The notes beneath the pieces were generated by a model, which saw only the letters and a program-made list of their open reading frames with translations, had not been told where the DNA came from and did no database searches. Shown piece by piece: positions 55,185-64,000 of a stretch of 64,000 nt of DNA (position 1 is the first letter of the stretch; each line of letters opens with the position of its first letter). The DNA is from Candidatus Latescibacterota bacterium (GTDB lineage Bacteria > Latescibacterota > UBA2968 > UBA8231): positions 2,304,001 through 2,368,000 of the forward strand of contig CBDCSU010000006.1 of NCBI GenBank assembly GCA_965221775.1, written 5' to 3'. The position numbers were made by a program, and so were the translations under genes.

Positions 55185-55802
55185 GTGCTCCTCGTCCTTC
55201 TGGGGCTGGTCCTCGCCGGCGCCGGCGGGGGCGGCGCGGCCCCGGGTGGCGGAGAGGCCCTCATCGAGGAGATCGAGGCGACGCGAGCCCGGAAGGACAG
55301 CCTTCTCCGCCACGGTCCAGAATCGCCGCTGCGGCCGGAGGACGCGGCCTCCTTCCTCGGCCTGCGCTACTTCCCGGTGGACCCGGCATGGCGCATCCCG
55401 GGGGAGTTCCACCGCTACGGGCGAGTACGGCGCCTGCCGATGCCCGACAGCGCCGGGGCCACCACCGTGGTACAGCGCATCGGGCGCTTCCTCTTCGAGC
55501 ACGGAGGACGGTCGTACCGGCTGGAGGTCTACGGCAGCGATCAGGACCCCGGCCTCAGCGTGTTCTTCACCGACGAGACCAACGGCGTGCAGACCTACGG
55601 GGCGGGCCGCTACGTGCCGGTCGCCGCGGACGAGGCCGGCACCTGGGTGCTGGACTTCAACCGCGCCTACAACCCGTTCTGCGCCTACAATCCCGAGTAC
55701 ATCTGCCCCCTGCCGCCGGAGCACAACCGGCTGCCCTTCGCCGTCCGCGCCGGCGAGCGGAATCCTGGTCCCGATCTTGCTAATCCCCATCTTGCTAAGT
55801 GA
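55185..55802 (+). CDS. DUF1684-family exported protein (start uncertain)
   Basis: GLRYFPVDP, FTDETNG..TYGAGRY, LDFNRAYNPFCAYN...CPLPP..NRL. Confidence 0.85.
   Translation: MLLVLLGLVLAGAGGGGAAPGGGEALIEEIEATRARKDSLLRHGPESPLRPEDAASFLGLRYFPVDPAWRIPGEFHRYGRVRRLPMPDSAGATTVVQRIGRFLFEHGGRSYRLEVYGSDQDPGLSVFFTDETNGVQTYGAGRYVPVAADEAGTWVLDFNRAYNPFCAYNPEYICPLPPEHNRLPFAVRAGERNPGPDLANPHLAK
55766..55781 (+). promoter_or_regulatory. Putative sigma54 (-24/-12) promoter
   Basis: TGGTCCCGATCTTGCT has GG-N10-GC spacing with TTGC, about 80 nt upstream of ATG 55864. Confidence 0.55.
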
Positions 55803-55863
55803 TGCGGATGGCCCTAAGTTCAACAGTGGAAGCATCTTGTTGACTCACACAAGGGAGATTCGC

Positions 55864-56118
55864 ATGCCCGACGCGCAGCGCACGATGTTCAACCGCGAGG
55901 TCGACTTCAGCCTGGAAGGCACCGACAACTCCTACGCCGCCTGCCGCGCCCTCTCCCAACGGGCGCGCGAGATCAACAGCCGCTTCCGCCAGGTTCCCGA
56001 AGGTTCCGAGATCGACACGCCGAACCCGACCGTGGGCGCCCTCAACGACTACTCCGACGGCCGCATCGTCGTCAACGAGGAAGGCCCCGCGGAGCCGCCC
56101 TCCACCCCCGAGGGCTGA
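55864..56118 (+). CDS. rpoZ: RNA polymerase omega subunit (RpoZ)-like protein
   Basis: AAGGGAG RBS; DNSYAACRALSQRAREIN...NPTVGALNDYSDGRI fits the omega pattern N.Y......S.RAR.I...P...AL.E...G.I. Confidence 0.68.
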   Translation: MPDAQRTMFNREVDFSLEGTDNSYAACRALSQRAREINSRFRQVPEGSEIDTPNPTVGALNDYSDGRIVVNEEGPAEPPSTPEG

Positions 56119-56283
56119 AGGCCGGAGGGCTACCGAAGCCCTCCCATCTGCAGCGAGCGGGCCCCTCCCCCGGGCCCCGTCATCCCCTTTGCACCGGCGC
56201 CGCGACGGCCCCTCCGGGCCGCCGCGGAGAAGCAGCCGAGCCGCTGGCCGCGGTCCCTCCGCCGGCGGATGGCAAGGAGCGCG

Positions 56284-57573
56284 ATGGCCTCGTCCGATCC
56301 CGCCCCCCAGAGCGTGCTCCAGCTCCATGCGGACATGCCTCTCGAGGAGGCCTTCGCCGCTTCGTCCTCGCTCTTCGAGGACACGGCGCGCCGCTACGTG
56401 GAGGCCTACAGGCAGCTCGAGGAACGGTTCGAGTTCCTCAACATGCGCCTGGAGGAGACCAACCGGGAGCTGCGGGACAGCCTCGAGGAGAAGGATCGGG
56501 TCAGCAACTTTCTGAACAACATCCTCGAGAGCATGACCGGAGGCCTGCTCGTCCTCGGCCTGGACCGCCGCATCGCCCTCTTCAACCGCACCGCCGAGAC
56601 GATCACGGGCCGGTCGCAGGACGAGGTCCTGGGCCTCGCCTACGAGGAGGTCATGGGTCGCCCGGAAGAGAGGGAGGAGTCGGTCCTCCACACTCTCGAC
56701 AAGGGCGAGAGCCTGCAGAACCGGGAGAAGGACCTGCGCCTCCCCGATGGCCGCTCGATCCCTCTAGGCTTCAGCACCTCCGTGGTGCGCGACGGCAACG
56801 GCGACGTCCTGGGCGCCATCGAGGTCTTCACCGATCTGACCGAGGTCAAGCGCCTGGAGAGCCAGGTGCGCCGCATGCACACCCTGGCCGCCCTCGGGGA
56901 GATGGCCGCCACAGTGGCCCACGAGATCCGCAATCCCCTGGGCGGCATCGCCAGCTTCGCCAGCCTGCTGGAGCGCGACCTCGCGCCGGACGACCCCAAC
57001 CGGCGCCTGGTAGGCAAGATCACCGAGGGCGTGGCCCGGCTGAACCGCATCGTCAGCAGCCTGCTGAGCTATACCCGTCCCCTCAACCTGAACACGCAGC
57101 CTGTCGATCTGGCGGTCGCCGTGGAGGAGGCGGCGGCCTTCTTCGAGGTGGACGCCGAGGACCGCAGTCCCGGCGTGACCATCCGCCGCGACTTCCCGAG
57201 CCGTACCTGCATGGGCCAGGTCGACGTCGAGCGCTTCCGCCAGGTCGTCCTCAACCTCCTCCTCAACGCCGCCCAGGCCATGCCGGAAGGCGGCGCCATC
57301 GACCTGAAGATCGACGAGGTGCGCGGGCAGGACGGTGACTGGGCCCGGGTCTCCGTTCGCGACTCCGGCGCCGGCATCGCCGCCGACATCCTCGACAAGC
57401 TGTTCACCCCCTTCTTCACCACCAAGGAGGACGGCACCGGCCTGGGCCTGGTGACCTCCCGCAAGATCGTCGAAGCCCACGGCGGCCGCCTCACCGTGGA
57501 CAGCGTCCCCGGGGAAGGGGCGTGCTTCACCATCGCCCTGCCCAGGCAGGCGAATCCAGGGAAGGACTCATGA
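56284..57573 (+). CDS. PAS histidine kinase, FleS/FlrB-like
   Basis: N-terminal LEEAF...YRQLEER coiled coil, PAS, AHEIRNPLG, NLLLNA, DSGAG, PFFTTK, GTGLGL; no TM. Confidence 0.92.
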   Translation: MASSDPAPQSVLQLHADMPLEEAFAASSSLFEDTARRYVEAYRQLEERFEFLNMRLEETNRELRDSLEEKDRVSNFLNNILESMTGGLLVLGLDRRIALFNRTAETITGRSQDEVLGLAYEEVMGRPEEREESVLHTLDKGESLQNREKDLRLPDGRSIPLGFSTSVVRDGNGDVLGAIEVFTDLTEVKRLESQVRRMHTLAALGEMAATVAHEIRNPLGGIASFASLLERDLAPDDPNRRLVGKITEGVARLNRIVSSLLSYTRPLNLNTQPVDLAVAVEEAAAFFEVDAEDRSPGVTIRRDFPSRTCMGQVDVERFRQVVLNLLLNAAQAMPEGGAIDLKIDEVRGQDGDWARVSVRDSGAGIAADILDKLFTPFFTTKEDGTGLGLVTSRKIVEAHGGRLTVDSVPGEGACFTIALPRQANPGKDS

Positions 57574-58964
57574 CGGCAAAGCGGATCCTCGTAGTCGACG
57601 ACGACTCGTACGTGCGCAGCGGCACCGAGGAGATCCTCCTGCGCCAGGGCTACGAAGTGGACACGGCGGGTTCCGCCGCCGCCGCCCTGCAGGCGCTGGA
57701 AGGCGCGGAGTACGATCTGATGCTGTCCGACATCAAGATGCCGGGCATGAGCGGCCTGGAGCTGCTCGAGAAGGTGGTGCCCCAATGGCCCGAGCTCACG
57801 GTGGTCCTCATGACCGCCTACGGCGCCATCGACGACGCCGTGCGGGCCATGCGCAACGGCGCCTACAACTACGTCCTCAAGGGGGACGGATCGGCGCCGG
57901 AGGAGATGGAGATCGTCGTCGAGCAGGCCCTCAAGGTGCAGGACACGGAGCGCGAGAACCGGCGCCTGCGGTCGGAGTTGAGCAGCCGCTACGGCTTTGG
58001 CAGCATGATCGGCAAGTCGCCGGCCATGGTGCAGGTCTTCGACCTGGTGCGCACCGTCGCCGACAGCCGCGCCACGGTCCTGGTCACGGGGGAGAGCGGC
58101 ACGGGCAAGGAGCTCGTGGCGCGGGCCCTGCACTACAACAGCCCCCGGACGGGCGGTCCCTTCATCCGCCTCAACTGCGCCGCCCTGCCGAGGGACCTGA
58201 TGGAGAGCGAGCTCTTCGGCCACGAGAAAGGGGCTTTTACCGGGGCCATCCGCCAGACCCGGGGACGCTTCGAGATGGCCCACGGGGGGACCCTGCTGCT
58301 GGACGAGATCAGCGAGATCGATCCGGCCCTGCAGGCGAAGCTGCTGCGCGTGCTCCAGGAGCGCGAGTTCGAGCGCGTCGGCAGCAGCCAGACGATCGAG
58401 GTCGACGTGCGTATCGTGGCCACCACCAACCGGGATCTGGCCAGGGAGGTGGAGGAGGGCAACTTCCGCGAGGACCTCTACTACCGCCTCAACGTGATCG
58501 AGATCGGACTGCCGCCGCTGCGGGATCGTCCGGAGGACGTGCCGGCCCTGGTGCTGTCCTTCATCGAGCGCTTCAACGAGGAGAACGGCAAGGGCATCCA
58601 GGGTCTGGAGGAAGAGGCCCTGGAGCTGCTCGGCCGCTACCCTTGGCCAGGCAACGTGCGCGAGCTGGAGAACTACGTGGAGCGCGCCGTGGTCGTCTCC
58701 CCCGGGCCTCGGCTCAAGGCGGCGGACTTCCCGCGCAAGCTGGTGGAGGGGCCCGACGGCTCTCCCGGGGAGCTGGCCTCGCAGGTGGGCCTGACCGTGC
58801 ACGAGATGGAACGGCGGCTGATCATGAGCACCCTTGAAGCCCTCGGCGGCAAGCGCACCGAGGCGGCGGCCCAGCTCGGCATCAGCACCCGCACCCTGCG
58901 CAACAAGCTGCACGAGTACGGCGCCATGGACGCCTTCAAGCGGGAAGCCGTCGCCGGGGGCTGA
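57570..58964 (+). CDS. sigma54-dependent response regulator (FleR/FlrC/AtoC-like)
   Basis: [46 protein letters not shown]. Confidence 0.94.
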   Translation: MTAKRILVVDDDSYVRSGTEEILLRQGYEVDTAGSAAAALQALEGAEYDLMLSDIKMPGMSGLELLEKVVPQWPELTVVLMTAYGAIDDAVRAMRNGAYNYVLKGDGSAPEEMEIVVEQALKVQDTERENRRLRSELSSRYGFGSMIGKSPAMVQVFDLVRTVADSRATVLVTGESGTGKELVARALHYNSPRTGGPFIRLNCAALPRDLMESELFGHEKGAFTGAIRQTRGRFEMAHGGTLLLDEISEIDPALQAKLLRVLQEREFERVGSSQTIEVDVRIVATTNRDLAREVEEGNFREDLYYRLNVIEIGLPPLRDRPEDVPALVLSFIERFNEENGKGIQGLEEEALELLGRYPWPGNVRELENYVERAVVVSPGPRLKAADFPRKLVEGPDGSPGELASQVGLTVHEMERRLIMSTLEALGGKRTEAAAQLGISTRTLRNKLHEYGAMDAFKREAVAGG

Positions 58965-59976
58965 GCCTCCGGCCCCTGCCCTGTTCCAGCCCCAGGATGC
59001 GGTCCATCACACGGGCCGTGCGCAGGGCGCTGTCCCCGGTGCTGGGGCAGGCGCCCCGGCCGAGCAGGTCGTCGACGACGCTCTGGATGAGGGGCTGCTG
59101 CACGTGGGCGGGAGCGGCCACGGCGAACTCCTCCACCTCGGAACCGCGCTCCAGGCGCACCGGCCGCTCCAGGTCGAAGGCGGCGAAGCGCAGGCGGCCG
59201 CCGCCGCCGGTGATCTCGATCTCCTCGACGCGGCTCGACGCGTCGGCGACGAAGCACCAGGCGCCGCTGCCGGCGGCGCCCGACTCGTGCCGCCAGCAGG
59301 CGGTCACCGTGTCGCGGCAGGGGTAGAGGCCGCCCTGGCACAGGGCCACCCCCTCCGCCTCACGGATCGGACCCAGCAGGAAGTCGAGGAGGTCGAGCTG
59401 GTGGCAGCCGAGGTCGTGGAAGTGGCCGCCCTCGCCGGCGATGGCCGGATCGACACGCCAGGGCCGGCCGCGCCGGCTCGGGGCCCCTGCCGCGGGTTTG
59501 AACAGCCGGATGTTGACGGTGCGGACATCGCCCACGGCGCCCTCGTCGAGCAACTCGGCCACCTTCATGTGCACGGGCAGGCGGCGGCGGTAGTAGGCGA
59601 CGAAGAGGGGTACCCCGGCGCGGCGGCAGGCCTCCACCATCTCCTCGCACTCGGGGGCGGTGCGCGCCATCGGCTTTTCCACGTAGACGGGCTTGCCGGC
59701 GGCGGCGGCTCGCAGCGTGTACTCCGGGTGGGAGTCAGGCGGCGTGGCCACGTATACGGCGTCGACGTCCTCGTCCTCGATCAGGGCCCTGGCGTCGTCG
59801 TACCAGCGCGGCACCCCGTGGCGCCGGGCGTAGTCCCGGGCCTTGTCGCGGTCGCGCCGCATCACGGCGGCCAGCTCCGAGTCGCGGGCCTTCTGCAGGC
59901 CGGGGCCCGACTTCACCTCGGTGACGTCGCCGCAGCCGATGATGCCCCAGCGCACCGGGGCCGCGTGGATCTTCAT
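58936..59976 (-). CDS. Gfo/Idh/MocA oxidoreductase
   Basis: WGIIGCGDVTEVKSGP, YVATPP, VEKPMA, AYYRR, DLGCH. Confidence 0.92.
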   Translation of the reverse strand: MKIHAAPVRWGIIGCGDVTEVKSGPGLQKARDSELAAVMRRDRDKARDYARRHGVPRWYDDARALIEDEDVDAVYVATPPDSHPEYTLRAAAAGKPVYVEKPMARTAPECEEMVEACRRAGVPLFVAYYRRRLPVHMKVAELLDEGAVGDVRTVNIRLFKPAAGAPSRRGRPWRVDPAIAGEGGHFHDLGCHQLDLLDFLLGPIREAEGVALCQGGLYPCRDTVTACWRHESGAAGSGAWCFVADASSRVEEIEITGGGGRLRFAAFDLERPVRLERGSEVEEFAVAAPAHVQQPLIQSVVDDLLGRGACPSTGDSALRTARVMDRILGLEQGRGRRLSPRRRLPA

Positions 59977-60017
59977 CGCATTCCTCCGGCGCCAAGGGTA
60001 GAGGGGGCCCGGGTCGA

Positions 60018-60047
60018 TTGACAAGGACGGAGCCCCTGGGGTAAGAT
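60018..60047 (+). promoter_or_regulatory. Putative sigma70 promoter of the nfeD-floA operon
   Basis: TTGACA-18 nt-TAAGAT. Confidence 0.6.
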
Positions 60048-60075
60048 CTAGCGCTCTCACCCCCGGTCTAGAAGA

Positions 60076-61494
60076 ATGCCCCCTACTCCCCTCCTCAAGC
60101 CACGATGGACGCGCCTGCTGCCGGCGGCGGCGCTCCTCGCCCTCGCGGCTCTTCCTCTCGGTGGCGAGGAGGCCCCTGCCGGCGAGGCGGGAGCGGCCCC
60201 CGAGGAGGTCCGCCAGCCGCTGATCCACCTGCTGCGGCTGCGCACGGTGGACACCGAGGGCGGCATGATCGACCCCGGGATCACCGCCTACGTGGAGCGC
60301 GTCGTCGAGGACGCCGACGAGGCCGGTGTCGACGCCCTGGTCTTCGAGATCGACACTTTCGGCGGCCGCGTCGACGCCGCTTCGGTGATCCGCGACGCCA
60401 TCATCGACGCCGAGTCCCTGACCATCGCCTTCATCGACAAGCGGGCGATCTCCGCCGGCGCCCTGATCTCCCTCGCCTGCGACAAGATCGTCATGGTCAA
60501 GGGCGGCACCATCGGCGCCACGACGCCGGTCTCCGGCACCGGCGAGAAGGCCGGCGACAAGTACGTCTCGGTCATGAGCGCCGAGATGCGGGCCACGGCC
60601 GAGCGCACCGGGCGCGACCCGGAGATCGCCGAGGCCATGGTCGACGAACGCATCTACATCCCCGGCTTCAGCGACGAGGTGGGCCGGCCGGCTACGCTGA
60701 CCACCAACCAGGCCCTGCAGTACGGCCTCGCCGACGAGACCGCCCAGTCCCTGCCCGAGCTGCTGGCGATCTACGACCTGGCCGATGCCGAGATCGTGGA
60801 CGTGAAGATCAACCTCGCGGAGCGCGTGGTGCGCCTCCTCACCCATCCCATCGTCACCTCCATTCTGCTCTCGGTGGCCCTCTTCGGCCTCATCGCCGAG
60901 GTGCGCACCCCCGGTTGGGGCCTGGGCGGCTCGATGGCGCTGCTGGCCCTGGCCCTGTTCTTCGGCAGCCACCTCATCGTCCACCTCGCCGACTGGCAAG
61001 AGCTGCTCCTGTTCTTCGTCGGCCTCGGACTGATCTTCGCCGAGATCGCCTTCATCCCCGGCTTCGGCCTGGCCGGCGTGGCCGGGTTCCTGTGCATGCT
61101 GGCCAGTGTGCTGCTGACCCGGCTGCCCGCCTTCGAGTTCTGGAGCATCGAGCAGATCAGCGGCGTCGTCGGCCAGTTCGCCCTGTCGATGATCATCGGT
61201 ATCGTCGCCGCCCTGGTCCTGCTGCGGTCCCTGCCCAAGGTGCCCGCTTTCCGGCACCTGATCCTGGCGGGCCGGACCTCGGCCTCGGACGGATACGTGT
61301 CGGCGTCGACCGACCAGGACCACGAACTGGTCGGCATGGAGGGCGTCACCCTCACAGAGTTGCGGCCCGTGGGCGTGGGCCAGTTCGCCGGCAAGCGCCT
61401 GGACATCATCGCCGAGGGAGAGTACATCGAGGAGCAGACGACGGTGCGCATCGTCCAGGCCCGCGGCAGCCGCGTCGTGGTGCAGGCCATCTAG
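60076..61494 (+). CDS. nfeD: Long NfeD (YqeZ-like; ClpP-like domain + TMs + OB fold)
   Basis: IDTFGGRVD, AISAGALI, IGATTPV, AEAMVD, IPGFG, LRPVG. Confidence 0.92.
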   Translation: MPPTPLLKPRWTRLLPAAALLALAALPLGGEEAPAGEAGAAPEEVRQPLIHLLRLRTVDTEGGMIDPGITAYVERVVEDADEAGVDALVFEIDTFGGRVDAASVIRDAIIDAESLTIAFIDKRAISAGALISLACDKIVMVKGGTIGATTPVSGTGEKAGDKYVSVMSAEMRATAERTGRDPEIAEAMVDERIYIPGFSDEVGRPATLTTNQALQYGLADETAQSLPELLAIYDLADAEIVDVKINLAERVVRLLTHPIVTSILLSVALFGLIAEVRTPGWGLGGSMALLALALFFGSHLIVHLADWQELLLFFVGLGLIFAEIAFIPGFGLAGVAGFLCMLASVLLTRLPAFEFWSIEQISGVVGQFALSMIIGIVAALVLLRSLPKVPAFRHLILAGRTSASDGYVSASTDQDHELVGMEGVTLTELRPVGVGQFAGKRLDIIAEGEYIEEQTTVRIVQARGSRVVVQAI

Positions 61495-61505
61495 CCGGAG
61501 GAGCC

Positions 61506-62012
61506 GTGGAAGAACTGCTCAGCGCCGAGGCGCTGCCCTGGATCTACAGCGTGGGCCTGCTCGTCCTCGGCCTCGTGCTGGTTCTGCTCGAGATATTCGT
61601 CGTCCCGGGGTTCAACATCTTCGGGATCCTCGGCTTCGGCACCGTCTGCCTCGGCGTCCTCTTCGCCTACAACCGGCTCGGGCCCGAGGCGGCCGCGGTG
61701 ATCGGCGTCCTCGGCTTCAGCGGCACCGGCGCACTGGTGTGGCTGCTGATCCGCAACCGGGCCTGGCAGCGGATGGTGCGCGAGGACCGCACCGACCGCG
61801 CCTCGGGCTACGACTCGGCCACGGGCGAGCAGGAGGGACTGGTCGGCCAGGCGGGCGTCGCCCTCACGGCGCTGCGTCCGGCGGGCCGGGCCCGCTTCGG
61901 CAACCAGATTGTGGACGTGGTGACCGACGGCGCCTTCATCGCCGAAGGCGCCGCCGTGGCGGTGCTGGAGGTGCACGGCAACCGCGTCGTCGTCCACGAA
62001 CGCGCACAGTAG
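61506..62012 (+). CDS. Short NfeD-family membrane protein
   Basis: GGAGG RBS; EIFVVPGF, TMs, LRPAG, VDVVTDG OB fold. Confidence 0.88.
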   Translation: MEELLSAEALPWIYSVGLLVLGLVLVLLEIFVVPGFNIFGILGFGTVCLGVLFAYNRLGPEAAAVIGVLGFSGTGALVWLLIRNRAWQRMVREDRTDRASGYDSATGEQEGLVGQAGVALTALRPAGRARFGNQIVDVVTDGAFIAEGAAVAVLEVHGNRVVVHERAQ

Positions 62013-62033
62013 CGGAAACCAAAGGAGATCCCA

Positions 62034-63029
62034 ATGCCAGAGGCTCTGCTCTACATCGCGATTCTCTTCGCGATCATCATCTTCCTGAGCCTGTTCACCT
62101 ATTTCGTGCCAGTCGGGCTCTGGATCACGGCGTACTTCGCGGGGGTCAAGGTGGGGATCTTCCGCGACCTGGTGGGCATGCGGCTGCGCAAGGTGCCGCC
62201 CGGCGCCATCGTGCGCCCCAAGATCAGCGCCGAGAAGGCGGGCCTGGAGGTGGCGCTGGAACGGATGGAAGCCCACTACCTGGCCGGCGGCAACGTCGAC
62301 GCCGTCATCCTGGCCCTGATCTCGGCGGACAAGGCCAACATCGAGCTGACCTTCGAGCGTGCGGCGGCTATCGACCTGGCGGGGCGCGACGTCCTCGAGG
62401 CGGTGAAGGTCAGCGTCAATCCGAAGGTCATCAACACGCCACTCATCGCCGCCGTGGCCAAGGACGGCATCCAGGTGAAGGCCACGGCGCGGGTCACGGT
62501 TCGCGCCAACATCGACCGCCTGGTGGGCGGCGCCGGCGAGGAGACGATCATCGCCCGCGTCGGCGAGGGCGTGGTGACCACCGTCGGCTCGGCGGACACG
62601 CACAAGCAGGTGCTGGAGAACCCCGACTCGATCTCCAAGACGGTGCTGGGCAAGGGGCTCGACTCGGGGACGGCCTTCGAGATCCTGTCCATCGACATCG
62701 CCGACGTCGACGTGGGCGACAACATCGGCGCCAAGCTGCAGACCGAGCAGGCCGAGGCCGATCTCAAGATCGCCCAGGCCAAGGCCGAGGAGCGCCGCGC
62801 CATGGCCCAGGCCCGAGAGCAGGAGATGAGGGCGCTGGTGGAGGAGATGTCGGCGCGCGTGAAGGAGGCGGAGGCAGAGGTGCCGCGGGCCATCGCCGAG
62901 GCGTTCCGCACGGGCAACCTCGGGATCATGGACTATTACCGGATGCGGAACATCCAGTCGGATACGGAAATGCGGACGTCGATCTCCGAGACCGGCGAGG
63001 GCGAGTCCGGCGGCGAGGACCGGAGCTGA
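62034..63029 (+). CDS. floA: Flotillin-like protein FloA (YqfA)
   Basis: [55 protein letters not shown]. Confidence 0.95.
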   Translation: MPEALLYIAILFAIIIFLSLFTYFVPVGLWITAYFAGVKVGIFRDLVGMRLRKVPPGAIVRPKISAEKAGLEVALERMEAHYLAGGNVDAVILALISADKANIELTFERAAAIDLAGRDVLEAVKVSVNPKVINTPLIAAVAKDGIQVKATARVTVRANIDRLVGGAGEETIIARVGEGVVTTVGSADTHKQVLENPDSISKTVLGKGLDSGTAFEILSIDIADVDVGDNIGAKLQTEQAEADLKIAQAKAEERRAMAQAREQEMRALVEEMSARVKEAEAEVPRAIAEAFRTGNLGIMDYYRMRNIQSDTEMRTSISETGEGESGGEDRS

Positions 63030-63041
63030 GGCGGACGACCC

Positions 63042-63617
63042 GTGGAGCAACTGCTACTCATCCTGTTCCTGCTGTTCAGCGTGATCTCGGCGCTGCTGGA
63101 GCGGCGCAAGCGGCGCCGGCAGATGGAGGAGGCCCAGCGCCGCCAGCAGCAGACGGAGGACGGGGCGCCGGTCCCCCAGGCAGAGCAGGAGAAGGAGGAA
63201 GAGGAGGAGTGGGGCGGGTGGCCCTTTCCCGGAGGGGATCCCTTCGAGCCCCGCCCCACTCCTCCCCCCACGGCCCGGGCCGAGCCGGACGAAGGCGAGG
63301 TGGTCGTGCTGGAGTCGGCGGCGCCGGCCGACGGCCAGTCGCTGCTGGAGCAGTTGGAGCGTCAGGCCCAGGAGGCGGAGCAGCGCGCCCGGGACGAGGA
63401 GGAGCGCGCCCGCGAGCGGGCCCAGGAGATCCAGCAGTCCCGCCAGCGCATGGCGGCGCGGATGCGCCAGCTGGGGTCGGCGGGAGCACCGGGTGAAGCC
63501 CGGCCCCGGGGGCGGAGTCCGTGGAGGCTGACGCCCGACCGTGCGCGCCAGGCGGTGGTCTACGCCGAGATCCTGGGGCCGTGCAAGGCCGACCGGGGCG
63601 AGGAGTGGCGCTGGTAA
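63042..63617 (+). CDS. Membrane-anchored coiled-coil protein (YqfB-like)
   Basis: N-terminal TM, charged linker, C-terminal ARQAVVYAEILG; directly downstream of floA. Confidence 0.75.
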   Translation: MEQLLLILFLLFSVISALLERRKRRRQMEEAQRRQQQTEDGAPVPQAEQEKEEEEEWGGWPFPGGDPFEPRPTPPPTARAEPDEGEVVVLESAAPADGQSLLEQLERQAQEAEQRARDEEERARERAQEIQQSRQRMAARMRQLGSAGAPGEARPRGRSPWRLTPDRARQAVVYAEILGPCKADRGEEWRW

Positions 63618-63627
63618 CGGTCGATTG

Positions 63628-63714
63628 GCCGAAGTGGCGGAACTGGTAGACGCGCTGGATTCAAAATCCAGTGGGGGCAACCCCGTGTGGGTTCGAGTCC
63701 CACCTTCGGCACCA
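63628..63714 (+). tRNA. tRNA-Leu (CAA)
   Basis: Acceptor GCCGAAG/CTTCGGC + ACCA; anticodon arm CTGGA-TTCAAAA-TCCAG; long variable arm; GGTTCGAGTCC T-loop. Confidence 0.97.
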
Positions 63715-63800
63715 ACATACCTTCCCTTCTATCCTCTCCTGTTCCCCGAAGATCACCGTAACTCATTGCAAGTGAAGCATATTGGCGGTCCCGGGAGGGC

Positions 63801-63829
63801 TTGCGGCTTCCCGGGGCCTCTCATATATT
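63801..63829 (+). promoter_or_regulatory. Putative integrase promoter
   Basis: TTGCGG-17 nt-TATATT. Confidence 0.5.
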
Positions 63830-63840
63830 CCCCCGCGTGA

Positions 63841-63864
63841 CGTGGTAGAAACCGTGGGGGAAAC
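63841..63864 (+). repeat. Tandem 12-bp direct repeat, candidate integrase arm-type sites
   Basis: CGTGGTAGAAAC / CGTGGGGGAAAC immediately upstream of the integrase start. Confidence 0.6.
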
Positions 63865-63869
63865 CGAGG

Positions 63870-64000
63870 ATGGGGAAGCTCACTGCCGCAGGCATCAAAT
63901 CGCTCGTGAAGCCCGGCCGGTATGGCGATGGCGGGACCCTGTTCCTGTGCGTCGCCCCGGGGGGCTCCAAGTCCTGGATCCAGCGCCTCACCATCGATGG
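63870..64000 (+). mobile_element. P4-like tyrosine integrase, N-terminal arm-binding domain (truncated by the window edge)
   Basis: Hand translation MGKLTAAGIKSLVKPGRYGDGGTLFLCVAPGGSKSWIQRLTIDG; GAGG RBS; about 155 nt downstream of the tRNA. Confidence 0.88.

Noticed and set aside
56125-56145. Hairpin GGAGGGCT-ACCGA-AGCCCTCC after the omega-like gene as an intrinsic terminator
   Set aside because: No U-tract on either strand, so termination cannot be supported.

Overview
High-GC chromosomal segment from a diderm bacterium. Gene content and order (IleRS2-dksA-lspA-rluD, fused secDF, FadL-like and Omp85 barrels, nfeD-floA) suggest an FCB-superphylum lineage such as Latescibacterota or Gemmatimonadota-like; this placement is inference. 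About 58 protein genes are mostly housekeeping or envelope functions: an RND efflux set, dnaE, map, glcDE, secDF, ileS, msrP, tsaE, tal and two sigma54 two-component systems. The window ends in tRNA-Leu(CAA) followed by the start of a P4-type integrase, the left edge of a probable genomic island. Most notable: (1) two unrelated exported proteins about 18 kb apart end in the same appended motif, VAxx[AS]WGx[LI]KASF, a candidate C-terminal sorting signal; (2) an envelope locus between them encodes a TPR lipoprotein, a zinc-peptidase/beta-propeller/Omp85 fusion and a lipoprotein, converging on YjbH-like and FadL/PorV-like barrels and a Gly/Tyr-rich lipoprotein; (3) an RNA polymerase omega-like gene sits behind a sigma54 -24/-12 motif, ahead of a FleS/FleR-like pair. 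All family calls come from motif recognition by eye; no searches were run.
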